Source of the DNA: Eledone cirrhosa
Lineage: Eukaryota
Assembly (NCBI GenBank): GCA_964016885.1
Contig: OZ024743.1
Location: 335,544,001 to 335,608,000 of the forward strand
DNA length: 64,000 nucleotides
Reading direction: 5' to 3'
Shown one piece after another: positions 50,001 through 63,093 of the stretch. Below the pieces are notes generated by a model that made no database searches, had not been told where the DNA came from, and saw nothing but the letters and a program-made list of their open reading frames with translations. The position numbers were made by a program, and so were the translations under genes. Each line of letters opens with the position of its first letter. Position 1 is the stretch's first letter.

Positions 50001-51052
50001 TTGTGTGTTGGCATGGAGCCCCTTTTCTGTTCGTGCGTTGTGTCCGAGGTAGATGAGTGAAGGGTGAGTCAGTCAACAGACATAGCCTCTCACGCTGGGA
50101 ATGTTGGCAGATTTTGTGACTCCGACCTATGCGTGCGGGCAGCGTGCTTTGGTGTTGGCTGGCAGTGTTAGTGCGTCTAGTACCAGGTAAATGGGTAAAT
50201 ATACAGTCGCTACGTGTGCATAGCCTCTGACGTAGTGAGTAGCGGCATATTTTGGGGTTTATTAGTATGTGTAGTGGGGGTTGCATACAGCTCCATAGAT
50301 TTTTAAAAAAATTCTTTTGACTATGGCATGGTTGTGGTGGTGATGTGGGGGAAGAAAGCAGTGGTGGTGACGATGATGATGATGACAACTGTGGTTGGAG
50401 AGAAAGCAGTAGTCCATTACTAGCAGTTGATGTGGCAGAAGATGGTGACGGTGGTGATGGTGATGGCGATAATGATGGCTGAGTGAGTGGTTGAGGGATA
50501 CTATCATTCAGTAACTCAGCTATCATGCTTGAATTAAGTAGTGGTGGCGGTGGTGGTGGCTCCTGATTTTCTGGCTGTTGTTGTTGTTGTTGTTATTGTT
50601 GTTGTTGTTATTGTGGTTGTTGTTGTTGTTGTTGTGTTTGTCCATTGGAGTAAATATGTCGAAGTCTTTCAAAATGGTTTTGAATTAGTTTGAAAGAGAC
50701 TTCTACGTTTTAGTTTGTAATGTATCTGCTTAGCAGACCTCGTGCTAAATATTTGAGCTGTTTTTTCAGCAATTTAATTCAAACATGACGCGTTAATGTT
50801 TACTGTTTGGGACAGAAAAAAACATGTGTTTATTAAGAGGTCAATTTCATTATCACACGAATTTCGTCCGTTGTGGGCTTCTTGGGCAGTAGTCATATTT
50901 GTTTCCATTGTGTGCGTTTTCAGATATTTGATACGTGCGTTAGACTTTGGTTATTTGAAGATATTAAGAGAAAAACGAGTGTATATAATAATCCGTAGTT
51001 ACAAAAACGTACTTCTGAGTTGGTAGGAAAAGCACATGCTTACAAATATATC
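47057..51052 (-). mobile_element. Mirror copy of the CR1-type LINE with ~550-bp deletion of the RT core
   Basis: Reverse complement of 31624-36130 sharing stops and frameshifts; deletion junction ~47880. Confidence 0.9.
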
Positions 51053-52202
51053 TAAGGCGGGTAAAATTCCCGAGATCCATGGACGAGTTCTCCCCAGCGG
51101 TCTCTGTCCCTCATTATCGCTGCCATGTCCTGCGTCTCCAACAGACCAGTGTCTGTCCTTAGGGCATCAACATACGTTAACCTAGTCTTCCTCTTCTTGT
51201 GTGTCAATATAGGGGCTCCCAAAGCTGCACTGAGTGCAATGTCAACTCTGGATGTCGGTGAGCATGTCCAGCTAACCCCAGTCTCCTCTGTGTCACCTTT
51301 GAGCTGACTTTTGGGATGCTCCCATACAGCTCTGAGTTTTTCATCCTCAGTGTATACTGATTAATGTTCAGAGCTATCTTCAGCATTCTCGTGTAGCACC
51401 CATCCACCATCTGAGTGAGTTTCTTGGTCAGTGTCCAAGTCTCAGACCCATTCAGCAGCACAGACTCCACTACAGCAATGAAGAGGCGGACTTTCAGATC
51501 TCTACGAAGGTCCGACTTCCACACCGATCTCAAGCTGTGGCACGCCGCCCAGGCCTTGCTCTTCCTCTCAACCACATCATCCTCCGTATTCCCAATCTTT
51601 GCTCCCAAATACAGGAAGCCCTCAACCAGTTCTAGCGGCTTCCCGCCTACATTAGTGATCCCCTCTGGCTTCTCAACATTCTCTACCAGATATTTTGTTT
51701 TAGTCTCATTAATTCTCAGCCCACACTCATCGACACAGTCTCAACCTCTCGCATCAAATCCTCTGCCTCCTCCACTGTATTTGTCACTAAAATTATGTCG
51801 TCGGCAAATTCAGCATCCGATACCCTTTTCGCCCTAACTCTCCTGCTCTGAGCCGGTGCTACAATAAAGCCAGAGTCCTGGTGTTTCTCCAGTGCAAGGC
51901 GCATACAATAGTCCACTACGATGATAAAAAGGTATGGAGCCAATGTATCTCCCTGGAGCACTCCAGCCAGTATCTCAAAGAAGTCTGTCATCCCATCAGG
52001 TGTAATGACTTGGGCTTTCGTCTTGGTGTAGAGCAGTGATATCAGGTCCACTATCCTCTTGGGGATTCCATAAGCCTGTAAGATTTTCATCAGGCAGTAA
52101 CGGTCCACAGAATCAAAGGCCTTCCTAAAGTCAATGAAAACCATGACCGCAGGAAGGCACTTTGCTCTAGCTCTCTCTAATATCCTCCTCAGCATCAGGA
52201 TG
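51052..52202 (-). mobile_element. 5'-truncated RTE-clade LINE with 12-bp TSD
   Basis: FIDFRKAFDSV, GVLQGDTLAPYLF, FADD, VESVLLNGSETW; TSD TTACAAATATAT at 51040-51051 and 52203-52214. Confidence 0.88.
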
Positions 52203-52390
52203 TTACAAATATATATAAATATATATGTTCGGGCAGATAGGCTGTAAAGCTGTGTAGCTTGCTACTGACTTGTTAGAGAGCAATAGAAACACGTTTGTTC
52301 ACTTCAACAGTCCACATACATATATAATATATATATGTATTATATATATATTTATATATTATATATATATATTTATATAATATATATATA

Positions 52391-52440
52391 TATTCCTGAT
52401 GATTTCTAAAGAATGAAACAGTTCTAGTCCTGTAGAATGT
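52391..52440 (+). ncRNA. Type I HHR, same family as 38902
   Basis: TATTC-CTGATGA-T-TTC(taaa)GAA-T-GAAACAG(ttctagtc)CTGTA-GAATG. Confidence 0.82.
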
Positions 52441-52522
52441 CATCTATATTAAAACTGTTATACTCTGCAATGTATTGAGTACCTTACTTACTGTGGTTAC
52501 CTCCGACTCAACCCGGAATAAC

Positions 52523-52564
<42 letters not shown>

Positions 52565-53689
52565 AGATCAAAAGATGGTTAAAGGAGTTCCATGTATTTT
52601 ATTATGCGCATTTCAAAAACAAACATCATCATGCAATAATATTTGTGTTTTCATCAGATAAAACAGGAGAACATGATATGAAGGCTAAAAAACACTTGTG
52701 GATAGTGCAGTTTTAAATCAACATATGAAAAGTGGTTTTAGATTGATGTGTGATATTGGGAAAAATATTTTATTTAGAGAAGGGGGTGGAAAGGATGAAA
52801 AAGGGGGAGGAGATGAGAGGGAGAGATGGGTGATAGAGAGAAAGAGATAGTTTTTATAACTGAGAGGAGATATATTGTTTTACATAGAGAGGTTGAAAAC
52901 CGTTGGAAGATAATGTATAAATTAAAAAAAATTTGAAAATTAACGAAGGGAGGATATGTGCGAGGAAAAAATATTTTATTTAGGGAGGGGGGGGGAGAAT
53001 GAAAAAAAGGGAGGAGATGAGAGTGAAGGTGGAGAGGGAGAGATGGGTGATAGAGAGAAAGAGATAGTTTTTATAACTGAGAAAAAGATATATTGTTTTA
53101 CATAGAGAGGTTGAGAACCGTTGGAAGATAATGTATAAATTAAAGGAATTTGAAAATTAACGAAGGGAATTTATGTATGAAGATAGAGAGAAAAAATAAT
53201 AATTGTGGATGAATATTCTAACGTCGAAAAAAGTGTATGTTGATAAGTATTGTGGCAATTTCAAAATTAACGAAGAGAAAAATTATTAAGGTTTGTGTGT
53301 AGAAGGATTTGAGAAAAATAATGTGAAGTTAAAGTTTGTATATTGAAGGAATTGATAATATATGCGAATAAAGAGTTAATATGTATTAAGAATGAGTTAG
53401 TTGATGGGGAGAAAAAAATAATAAATTAAGGATGAAATTGAGATTAAAAAGATTTATGATAGAGAGAAAAAATAATAATGATTGCGGATGAATATTCTAA
53501 CGTCAAAAAAACAAATGTATATGTTATGAAGGATTTTACAAGGTGAAGATAGAATGAGGGTAATGAGTAAACAAGTATTATAGAGTGTATAATGCCCTTT
53601 AAAGTAAGGTGGGAAGATGGGTATATTTTAAAGAGGTGTATGTATATGTGCCTTTGAGAAAAGATTCTAAATTGATAAAGAATTGAATA

Positions 53690-56092
53690 TTAACCGTATA
53701 CTTTGTGAAAAGTCCTATGGAATTTATGCAGGCAGATAGAAAACAAATCTGTACGTCTATTTATTATAGAATCTAGGTTAGAGATAATGGTAAATTTTTC
53801 ATTTAGGCAGAGATTACAGATTTTAGATAGAGAGCTGTTCAAGTATGAGGATGCAGAAGAAACCTTCTTCCAAAAGATGGTATATTTAATGTTTTTGTCT
53901 TTTAAGGACCATATGAGTTCTGAGAGAGCAGTGTTGGTTCTTTTAAGTTTGTATTTGAAAGATGAATGATGATTATAGAGACGAGCTTTAAAAGAGGTGG
54001 AAGTGGAGCCAAAATAGGTGAAGGAATTGGTGCTAGTTATAATTTTACATTCATAAATTAAGTTTTTATCGAGACAATGGTTGTTGAGAGGACATTTATT
54101 TTTAATGCGGCAGTTGCAATTAGAGAGATTATTAATGAGTGACCTAGTGTTATCTATAGAAGGAATTGGATTGGAGAAGTTGTTTGCGATAGGAATAATA
54201 GGAATAATAGTTTCTTGATTTAGAGTTGGATTATGAACATTTAGCGAAGTTGTGTTTGACGTTGTATTTGGGTTTACAGAAGTTAGCCTAGGGTTTACAA
54301 TGACGTCGGGAGTACTATTACTGTTATTATGAAATTCAATGTTGGAAGGAAGAGATTTAGTATTTAGTATTTTATTGTTGTGTTTAGAGATGATGTTGGA
54401 AATATTGGAGGATGTAGAATAAGAAAATTTGATGGTGTGTTTGTTAAATATTTTACTATAGATATGTGAGGGAGGGAAGCATTTATTTAAGGCACTAAAA
54501 AATAATTTAGGAATATTGTTATTAATAGAGAATGAGAAAGGAGCATTATACCAGATTATGTTTTTGTATCTAGGTCTTTTATTAAAATTATTGGAATGAT
54601 CATGATTAATTATTCTACTGTAAGTTTTTCTAGAATTTGTTTCTTTACTATATTTGATTTTATCTGGATAGCCGGCTTTAGAAAGTGCGTTATTATAGTA
54701 ATTGGCGTTAGCATCAAAGATGTTTTTATTAGAGGATATGTTAGATATTCTTTTTCCAATATTACTAACTATAGCATTCTTGATATTGGTAGGATGGTTA
54801 GATTTAAAGTTAACATAATTTAGGTTCTCATTGTTATTATGGTAAGGGTAATATAGGCCAGTGTCAAGATTAATAGATACATCCAAGAAATTAGCTAGTT
54901 TGATACTATTATCAAATTCAATTTTTAGGTTATGTTGGTTAAAGAGATTACGTATATTGTTCTTAATAATATTAAGGTTAACTATATTGCAATTTAGGAT
55001 AGTGAAGAGTCCATCGTCACGATAAATTCCACCGCGAAGTTGAGGAATTTTCCGACTCAAAGCGTTCAAAATGAAGATACCAATTAAATCAGTCAATTGG
55101 GATGAATCGGATGCTCCCATTGTGATGTCGAAGTTGTTAGAGGTATCGGCTCTGGTCCAATATTCATTGTTGAACTCTAGGATGGTTTTACGTGCGGTGA
55201 GGATGATGTGAAGTTCATCTGTGGTGATGTCAGAATATTTAAGTGCGAAAGATAGAGCATTATTGAGAAGTGAAGGCGAAATGGAGGAATAGTAGCTGGC
55301 AATATCAAATTGAATAAATTTTAGTTTGTTTTTATTATCCAATTTGTTGAACCAGCCAATCACCTCAGAAGTACCAAACCATAAATTTAGGTTCAAAGAA
55401 GAGCAATTAGAACTAACCTGTGGGATAATTCTATCCAAGATGGCTTTACTAACAACCCCCAGATCAGATTTAGAGGGGGCGATTAATCTAACAGGTAGTT
55501 CGGTGCGAAAATTGTTTTTGTGATCCTTGAGATTTATCCTCGGAGTTCTTGGGAGGAATGGTTCGGTCTTTTTTTCAATGCCAAGTTTTGACATAATCTC
55601 AGAGGCTTCAAGGTTTATGTATTCTAAATTTTCATGGTTGGTTTTACGATACTTTTTCCTAAGTTCCTTTAGGATAAGGTTGTTATAATTATCCTTGGAA
55701 ATACCATATAAGTTATTGGTTTTGTCAGAGTGGACTAAAACATTTTTTGAGGAATTTAGGTTAGAGATTGTGTTCTTGAGATTTACAAGGTGCTCTTGTC
55801 CTTTGTAAGGGTATCTCTTGAATTTAAGATTTTTTATTATTTTAGTTAATTCTTCCTCGAATTGTACTAGATTTTTGTTGGAAGGAGGATTTCGTCTAGA
55901 ATTAAAAAGATGATCGAGGAAGTTATGTTCTTTGGTATGGAAGTTCCCTTTTAGGCGCTGGTCATAGAAATAGGCTGTCCATCTAAGTCTTCTTACGAAG
56001 GAGTCAGTTTTTTCAATAAGAAGTTTGGTGAATTCAGATTTACCAGGTATAGGAATGTCTTTAGTTGAATTGGTTATGTTGTAATAATCCAT
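53690..56092 (-). CDS. Penelope-like RT + GIY-YIG endonuclease, intact ~800 aa (Hydra-clade-like motifs)
   Basis: FDIASYYSSI, ITMGASDS, YRDD; linker CNCRIKNKC (CxCx5C); LIYECKI..TYFGST; KARLYNH; CNLC. Confidence 0.92.
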   Translation of the reverse strand: MDYYNITNSTKDIPIPGKSEFTKLLIEKTDSFVRRLRWTAYFYDQRLKGNFHTKEHNFLDHLFNSRRNPPSNKNLVQFEEELTKIIKNLKFKRYPYKGQEHLVNLKNTISNLNSSKNVLVHSDKTNNLYGISKDNYNNLILKELRKKYRKTNHENLEYINLEASEIMSKLGIEKKTEPFLPRTPRINLKDHKNNFRTELPVRLIAPSKSDLGVVSKAILDRIIPQVSSNCSSLNLNLWFGTSEVIGWFNKLDNKNKLKFIQFDIASYYSSISPSLLNNALSFALKYSDITTDELHIILTARKTILEFNNEYWTRADTSNNFDITMGASDSSQLTDLIGIFILNALSRKIPQLRGGIYRDDGLFTILNCNIVNLNIIKNNIRNLFNQHNLKIEFDNSIKLANFLDVSINLDTGLYYPYHNNNENLNYVNFKSNHPTNIKNAIVSNIGKRISNISSNKNIFDANANYYNNALSKAGYPDKIKYSKETNSRKTYSRIINHDHSNNFNKRPRYKNIIWYNAPFSFSINNNIPKLFFSALNKCFPPSHIYSKIFNKHTIKFSYSTSSNISNIISKHNNKILNTKSLPSNIEFHNNSNSTPDVIVNPRLTSVNPNTTSNTTSLNVHNPTLNQETIIPIIPIANNFSNPIPSIDNTRSLINNLSNCNCRIKNKCPLNNHCLDKNLIYECKIITSTNSFTYFGSTSTSFKARLYNHHSSFKYKLKRTNTALSELIWSLKDKNIKYTIFWKKVSSASSYLNSSLSKICNLCLNEKFTIISNLDSIINRRTDLFSICLHKFHRTFHKVYG

Positions 56093-56507
56093 GTTGTAGA
56101 AGAAGAGGTGAAGGACCATCAAAGGTATCCAATATGAGAGTAAGCGCTCAACCGTTAAGGAGCAAGTTAATGTAGGAGGTGAGTTTTATTGTAGTACAAT
56201 AAAGCAATGCAGATATCGGATAAGAAGCACTCTACAGTTTGTAGGACTGGAGTATACATAATATAAGATCAAAAGATGGTTAAAGGAGTTCCATGTATTT
56301 TATTATGCGCATTTCAAAAACAAACATCATCATGCAATAATATTTGTGTTTTCATCAGATAAAACAGGAGAACATGATATGAAGGCTAAAAAACACTTGT
56401 GGATAGTGCAGATTTAAATCAACATATGAAAACTTCTGTAAACCCAAATACAACGTCAAGGCTAAAAAACACTTGTGGATAGTGCAGTTTTAAATCAACA
56501 TATGAAA

Positions 56508-57101
56508 ACTTCTGTAAACCCAAATACAACGTCAAACACAACTTCGCTAAATGTTCATAATCCAACTCTAAATCAAGAAACTATTATTCCTATTATTCCT
56601 ATCGCAAACAACTTCTCCAATCCAATTCCTTCTATAGATAACACTAGGTCACTCATTAATAATCTCTCTAATTGCAACTGCCGCATTAAAAATAAATGTC
56701 CTCTCAACAACCATTGTCTCGATAAAAACTTAATTTATGAATGTAAAATTATAACTAGCACCAATTCCTTCACCTATTTTGGCTCCACTTCCACCTCTTT
56801 TAAAGCTCGTCTCTATAATCATCATTCATCTTTCAAATACAAACTTAAAAGAACCAACACTGCTCTCTCAGAACTCATATGGTCCTTAAAAGACAAAAAC
56901 ATTAAATATACCATCTTTTGGAAGAAGGTTTCTTCTGCATCCTCATACTTGAACAGCTCTCTATCTAAAATCTGTAATCTCTGCCTAAATGAAAAATTTA
57001 CCATTATCTCTAACCTAGATTCTATAATAAATAGACGTACAGATTTGTTTTCTATCTGCCTGCATAAATTCCATAGGACTTTTCACAAAGTATACAGTTA
57101 A
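56508..57101 (+). pseudogene. GIY-YIG C-terminal portion in the inverted partial Penelope copy
   Basis: Essentially identical to the last ~197 aa of the minus-strand ORF. Confidence 0.9.
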
Positions 57102-58124
57102 TATTCAATTCTTTATCAATTTAGAATCTTTTCTCAAAGGCACATATACATACACCTCTTTAAAATATACCCATCTTCCCACCTTACTTTAAAGGGCATT
57201 ATACACTCTATAATACTTGTTTACTCATTACCCTCATTCTATCTTCACCTTGTAAAATCCTTCATAACATATACATTTGTTTTTTTGACGTTAGTATATT
57301 CATCCGCAATCATTATTAATTTTTCTCTCTATCATAAATCTTTTTAATCTCAATTTCATCCTTAATTTATTATTTTTTTCTCCCCATCAACTAACTCATT
57401 CTTAATACATATTAACTCTTTATTCGCATATATTATCAATTCCTTCAATATACAAACTTTAACTTCACATTATTTTTCTCAAATCCTTCTACACACAAAC
57501 CTTAATAATTTTTCTCTTCGTTAATTTTGAAATTGCCACAATACTTATCAACATACACTTTTTTCGACGTTAGAATATTCATCCACAATTATTATTTTTT
57601 CTCTCTATCTTCATACATAAATTCCCTTCATTAATTTTCAAATTCCTTTAATTTATACATTATCTTCCAACGGTTCTCAACCTCTCTATGAAAAACAATA
57701 TATCTTTTTCTCAGTTATAAAAACTATCTCTTTCTCTCTATCACCCATCTCTCCCTCTCCACCTTCACTCTCATCTCCTCCCCCTTTTTTCATCCCCCCC
57801 CCCCTAAATAAAATATTTTTTCCTCGCACATATCCTCCCTTCGTTAATTTTCAAATTTTTTTTAATTTATACATTATCTTCCAACGGTTTTCAACCTCTC
57901 TATGTAAAACAATATATCTCCTCTCAGTTATAAAAACTATCTCTTTCTCTCTATCACCCATCTCTCCCTCTCATCTCCTCCCCCTTTTTCATCCTTTCCA
58001 CCCCCCCTCTCTAAATAAAATATTTTTCCCAATATCACACATCAATCTAAAACCACTTTTCATATGTTGATTTAAAACTGCACTATCCACAAGTGTTTTT
58101 TAGCCTTCATATCATGTTCTCCTG

Positions 58125-58191
58125 TTTTATCTGATGAAAACACAAATATTATTGCATGATGATGTTTCTTTTTGAAATGCGCATAATAAAA
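58125..58191 (+). ncRNA. pLTR hammerhead ribozyme (copies 52597-52663 and 56298-56364 on minus)
   Basis: TTTTAT-CTGATGA-AAACACAAATATTAT..ATGATGTTT(G/C)TTTTT-GAAA-TGCGCA-TA-ATAAAA; palindromic helix III. Confidence 0.87.
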
Positions 58192-58315
58192 TACATGGAA
58201 CTCTTTTAACCATCTTTTGATCTTATATTATGTATACTCCAGTCCTACAAACTGTAGAGTGCTTCTTATCCGATATCTGCATTGCTTTATTGTACTACAA
58301 TAAAACTCACCTCCT

Positions 58316-58440
<125 letters not shown>

Positions 58441-58500
58441 ATATTATATGTATGTATATATGTATATATATATATATGTATATATATGTATATATATACA

Positions 58501-58615
58501 TTCTGAGTTCAAATCCCGCCGAGGTTAACTTTGCCTTTCATCCTTACGGGGTCGATAAAATAAAGTACCAGTAATACACTGGATAATGCTGGCCTTGTGC
58601 CAAAAGTAGAAACAA
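58501..58615 (+). mobile_element. SINE fragment
   Basis: Shared SINE core. Confidence 0.7.
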
Positions 58616-58641
58616 CATATATATATACATATATATACATA

Positions 58642-58682
<41 letters not shown>

Positions 58683-58710
58683 CATATAATATATTTATAC
58701 ATAAACATAT

Positions 58711-58832
<122 letters not shown>

Positions 58833-58874
58833 TTCAAAATATTAACAAAATAGATATTCTTGTGATCAATTATA

Positions 58875-58937
58875 TTTTATTATACATGTTTCAGAGGTAC
58901 TGAATTAAGTTTAACAGTACGTCCTCATCAGATAAAA
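58875..58937 (-). ncRNA. Type I HHR (solo pLTR-like)
   Basis: TTTTAT-CTGATGA-GGAC-GTACTG...CAGTAC-CTCT-GAAACATGTA-TA-ATAAAA. Confidence 0.68.
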
Positions 58938-59480
58938 TAGGGTGATGCATGACATACCCTGACATAGTAGATGGTTAAGATTCAGTCATGGTAGTGATTA
59001 ACATATGACAAAACTCAATAGTTATACCCTAATATTGAGAACTCATTCTTTGGTGTATTCATTGAATCTTGTTTAACTTTTAAATATATATATATGAAAT
59101 ATTTACGTTTCATGCTGGGTTCGCTAAGAGGAAATGTCAAATGCTTGTCAAACTAGTATCAAGATTCAAATTAGCTTTCCTCATTCATACTCGGCGTCAT
59201 TTTCTATATAAATATAACCATTTATTTCTGGTAGTGTTAAACGGAAACTGATAAAGAATAACTATCTACATCTTTATACACACAGCTATGTGCCTGCATA
59301 TTACGTGTATGTGTGTATAATTGTATAAGAATATACACATACATATATATGTGCATATCTATATATATATATATGTGCGTGTGTGTGGGATGTTTGCTTG
59401 TTTATATGTATGTATAGTTACAATCATTGGAGTATCATCGTCTTCACACAAATCATCCTTTATTAATTTATCCCTAATAT

Positions 59481-59481
<1 letters not shown>

Positions 59482-59564
<83 letters not shown>

Positions 59565-59586
59565 TTTCTCGCTCTCTCTCACTCTG
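59482..59586. repeat. (CT)n microsatellite
   Basis: Direct run. Confidence 0.95.
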
Positions 59587-60214
59587 TAATGACAGGCCAG
59601 ATTAATCAAGTTCGTTCCTCCCTCAGATCTGCCGAGACATTCTCCGCGTCTAAGGGAACCTGCAGATCAGTAGATAATTGTTTTCAATATCGAAAAATAG
59701 CTGTGTTAATTTGGCGCCAGAATAATTTGTATGTTTTATAATATAGAGTTAACTAAAAGCATCTAATGGCAGGAATTGGAATAATTAATTAAAATAGTAC
59801 TGATATACGTAAAATGAAAGATACAGAGTGCTGTACTGAAAAAGGAGAAAATATTAGTTAAATACAATTTTCTTCTAAGGTGGAAAATGAAGGAACGAAT
59901 CTGCGTCGGTTTCGGCGATGAGTAGTCTGGTTGGTCGATTAACGTAACGTTTTTCTCTTAAAATCAACGTGTAAGTGGTTGAGTATTCAGCAGGCACGTT
60001 GTACTCTTTACGTAATTCTCAGGGAGATTCTGAGTGTCACAGTGTGAGTAACAAGGCTGACCCTTTGAATTACTGGTACAGTTCATCCGATGAGCATTCA
60101 TATAGTTTCCGACTATCCAATTTTAATGACAAGGGCCGAGCTGAGGCTATGTGTGACAGCTCACACCTATGCAGGTTTAGCTGGCCTCCTCCAAGGTATA
60201 TCTCGTTGGAGGTG

Positions 60215-60395
60215 TCTTGGGCAATTTAATGATAGGGACCACAGTCCTAGCATCTCATTTCTACAGCTGAGTAAACTGGAGCAACGTGAAATAAAGTGTC
60301 TTGCTCAAAGAAGCAACACATCACCCGGTCCGAGAATTGAACTCACAACCTTTCGATTGCAAGCCCAATGCTCTAACCACTAATCCATGCACCTT
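60215..60395 (-). mobile_element. SINE (tRNA-like head on minus)
   Basis: Reverse complement reads TAGTGGTTAGAGCATTGGGCTTG...GAGTTCAATTCTCGG...TTGAGCAAGACAC. Confidence 0.65.
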
Positions 60396-60734
60396 CAGAG
60401 CTGAGGCTATGGTAAAGAAAAAATTGCCCAAGATGCCAGGCAGTACGATCAAACCTGGGACCAAATGATTGTAAAGCGAACTGATTGACCATGCGTTCAC
60501 AGGTGGTGGAGGAGATAAAATATGTAATAGTAATTGTTAAAGGTTCCAAAAGATGTGAGGGATAATTTCAAGAAATGAAGTACTTGGTGAATGTAGGACA
60601 ACTAAGGACATATAATTTAATCTGTTAGATATCGTCAACACTACTGATTACTAGAGAGATATTTACAAAACGATTTATGTATAATTTGGACAGAAAATTT
60701 TGCATAATTAAACACACACACATACATACATACA

Positions 60735-61105
60735 TGGTGGCTGCCAACTCATTTTCGAGTACGGCCACTACTTTATATCCATGCATGAGAACCCCTAACG
60801 ATGCGCTGAACCAGTGTGGCTTTTTAGTCCAGCCAGCGACTTGAAAACTCTGGTACAAACACTACACTTGTGACAATTATTGACACCTAGTGCTGGGCCC
60901 ATAGCACCATGTGACCCAAGGTGTCGTGTAAGATCACTACTCGACCTGCATACCCTTCCACAAACATCACATGTCGTCGTCTGATGAACACTTATAGCTC
61001 CACAGGTGCCTGCTACCCTGTTCTTGTGCACTCTCAGGTGACTCTTTAGACCTGCCATGCTCAGACAAACCCTATTACAGATTTCAAATGTCAGGTCAGG
61101 CCGAC
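60735..61105 (-). mobile_element. 3' end of an RTE-like LINE encoding C2H2-type zinc fingers
   Basis: ICNRVCLSMAGLKSHLRVH, CDVCGRVCRSSSDLTRHLGSH, CSVCTRVFKSLAGLKSH. Confidence 0.65.
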
Positions 61106-61123
61106 ATATGTATGTATGTACGT

Positions 61124-61154
<31 letters not shown>

Positions 61155-61180
61155 CATACATACATACATACATGCATACA

Positions 61181-61784
61181 TGGTGGCTGCCAACTCGTTT
61201 TCGAGTACGGCACTACTTTATATCCATGTAGGACAACCCCTACCGATGCGCTGAACGAGCGTGACTTTTTAGTCCAGCCAGCGACTTGAAAACTCTGGTG
61301 CAAACACTACACTTGTGACAATTATTGACCCATAGTGCTGGGCCCATGGTACCAAGTGATGACAAGTGCAGAGAGATCTCCAGATATAAAGCAATGCCTG
61401 TGCCGTGAAGCTTTCATAGTGAGCAAAGGCACTGCACAAAGCCAGTCCCACTCTCTTAAACAAGATGATATTTACCAAAAAGAACAAGTCAACATCATTG
61501 GATACCATTAGAGTTGCAGGTGTTATATCAGAGTTTGCCTTCTCCTAAAATTCTGCCCTGACAAAGGCTAAGGGTCATCTCTCCCGGTGATTTTGGATGC
61601 CATTGACTCTTAAGAGCTCCTTTGCCCTTTGACAGGTTTTTTTTTTTAGTCCTGCAGGATGTCCAAAGTCACCCTCCTCTCCAAGAAACCTTGGTGGGGT
61701 TGCCAGTTTAGTCGCCAACGACCCGACCATGGGACAGGTTGTACTGGGATACATGTTACCAGTAGCACCAACTGGTGACCTGAC
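61181..61784 (-). mobile_element. ~600-bp RTE-derived non-autonomous element
   Basis: Copy of 42677-43272 within (TACA)n. Confidence 0.75.
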
Positions 61785-62027
61785 ATACATATATACATAC
61801 ATACATACACGCACAAAGCGCTAAAGGATATTTTATAAAGTGAATGAGCTGACTGCAATATTGGGAAACAAATAAAAGGCTGATGTACTCAACGCTTAAC
61901 GGACAAAAATCTTAGGTAAAGAAAAAAATCAAGAACAAGAAAAAAAAGGAAAAAAAAGAAGAAAAAGACAAAACAGAAAAAAAAAAAAAATGAAGAAAAA
62001 GAAAAAAAGAATTAATTGGGTCACGAA

Positions 62028-62250
62028 AAGCGGTGGATTGGCAGTATCGGTAGATGGTCGGACGCCATGCTTTGCAGCATCGAGTTACGGCCCTATATGA
62101 TCTGAGTTCAAATCCCGGCGAGGTTAACTTTGCCTATTATCCTTACGGGCTCGATAAAATAAAGTACCAGTCAAATACTGGGGTCGCTTTAATCGACTTT
62201 CCCCGCCCCCCACATTTGCTGGCCTTGTGCCTATATAAGAAACCATTATT
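62028..62250 (+). mobile_element. SINE
   Basis: Same family as 25490 and 31249. Confidence 0.7.
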
Positions 62251-62344
62251 TGTGATACGACAGTACTTCTCTCGACAGACACAAGACTTAGTAACTATTG
62301 AGTCGTCAAGTATAGAATTTATAGTGAGGCTTATGGTCAATTGT

Positions 62345-62832
62345 TTATTAAGATGGTAGAAAAGCCAGGAATCACCATAAAATCCCTGATCAGCAAAACC
62401 TACCCTTTTAAGAAAACCCACTGTACTAATAGGAAATGTATCATATGTAAAGTAAACCCCCGGATAAACTGTAAAAGTAAAACTAGAAACGTAGTCTATA
62501 GCATAAGATGTACAGAGGGTACTTGCAGAAACATGACAACAACATACATAGGCGAGACAGCTCGTAGCATAGGTGAAAGGATAGACCAACACTGGGGGGA
62601 ACTAAAAGGACGAAAAAACGGGCCAGTACTATACGAACATGCCAGACAACAACACGACGGTAACATAGACAACATAGAAATTAGAATAATATCTAAACAT
62701 AGAAATGACCCAGCAGATAGGCAAATCAGAGAGGCCAGTGAAATAGAACTTAGAAGGCCAAGGCTAAACAGAAAGAATGAATGGAATAACAACAACACCC
62801 AAACAAACAACACTGACCTAAGAGAAGTATAA
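62345..62832 (+). pseudogene. 5'-truncated Penelope-like GIY-YIG endonuclease (Cys-rich linker, Naiad/Neptune-like)
   Basis: CTNRKCIIC; NVVYSIRC..C..YIGETARSIGERIDQH..LYEH; RQIREA; LNRK. Confidence 0.85.
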
Positions 62833-63093
62833 ATAAATAAATAGATAAATAAATAAATAAATACATACACATGCACAATAACAACAAACACATATAAACA
62901 CACATTAGTAAAGATAGAATACATTAACCAATACACAGTCACCCAATCACGAACACACATGAAACAAAACAGTATGCACACACGTAAACGCATGCGCAAA
63001 GAAGACAAAATAAAATAAACAAATAAATAAATATATAAACAGACTAAATAAAGATGGCGTAGAAAATACAATGTAACGGGAAGAAACAATAGC

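Noticed and set aside
60795-61193. Host C2H2 zinc-finger gene
   Set aside because: Start lies in a microsatellite and the sequence is shared with dispersed repeat copies, so it is more likely a LINE tail
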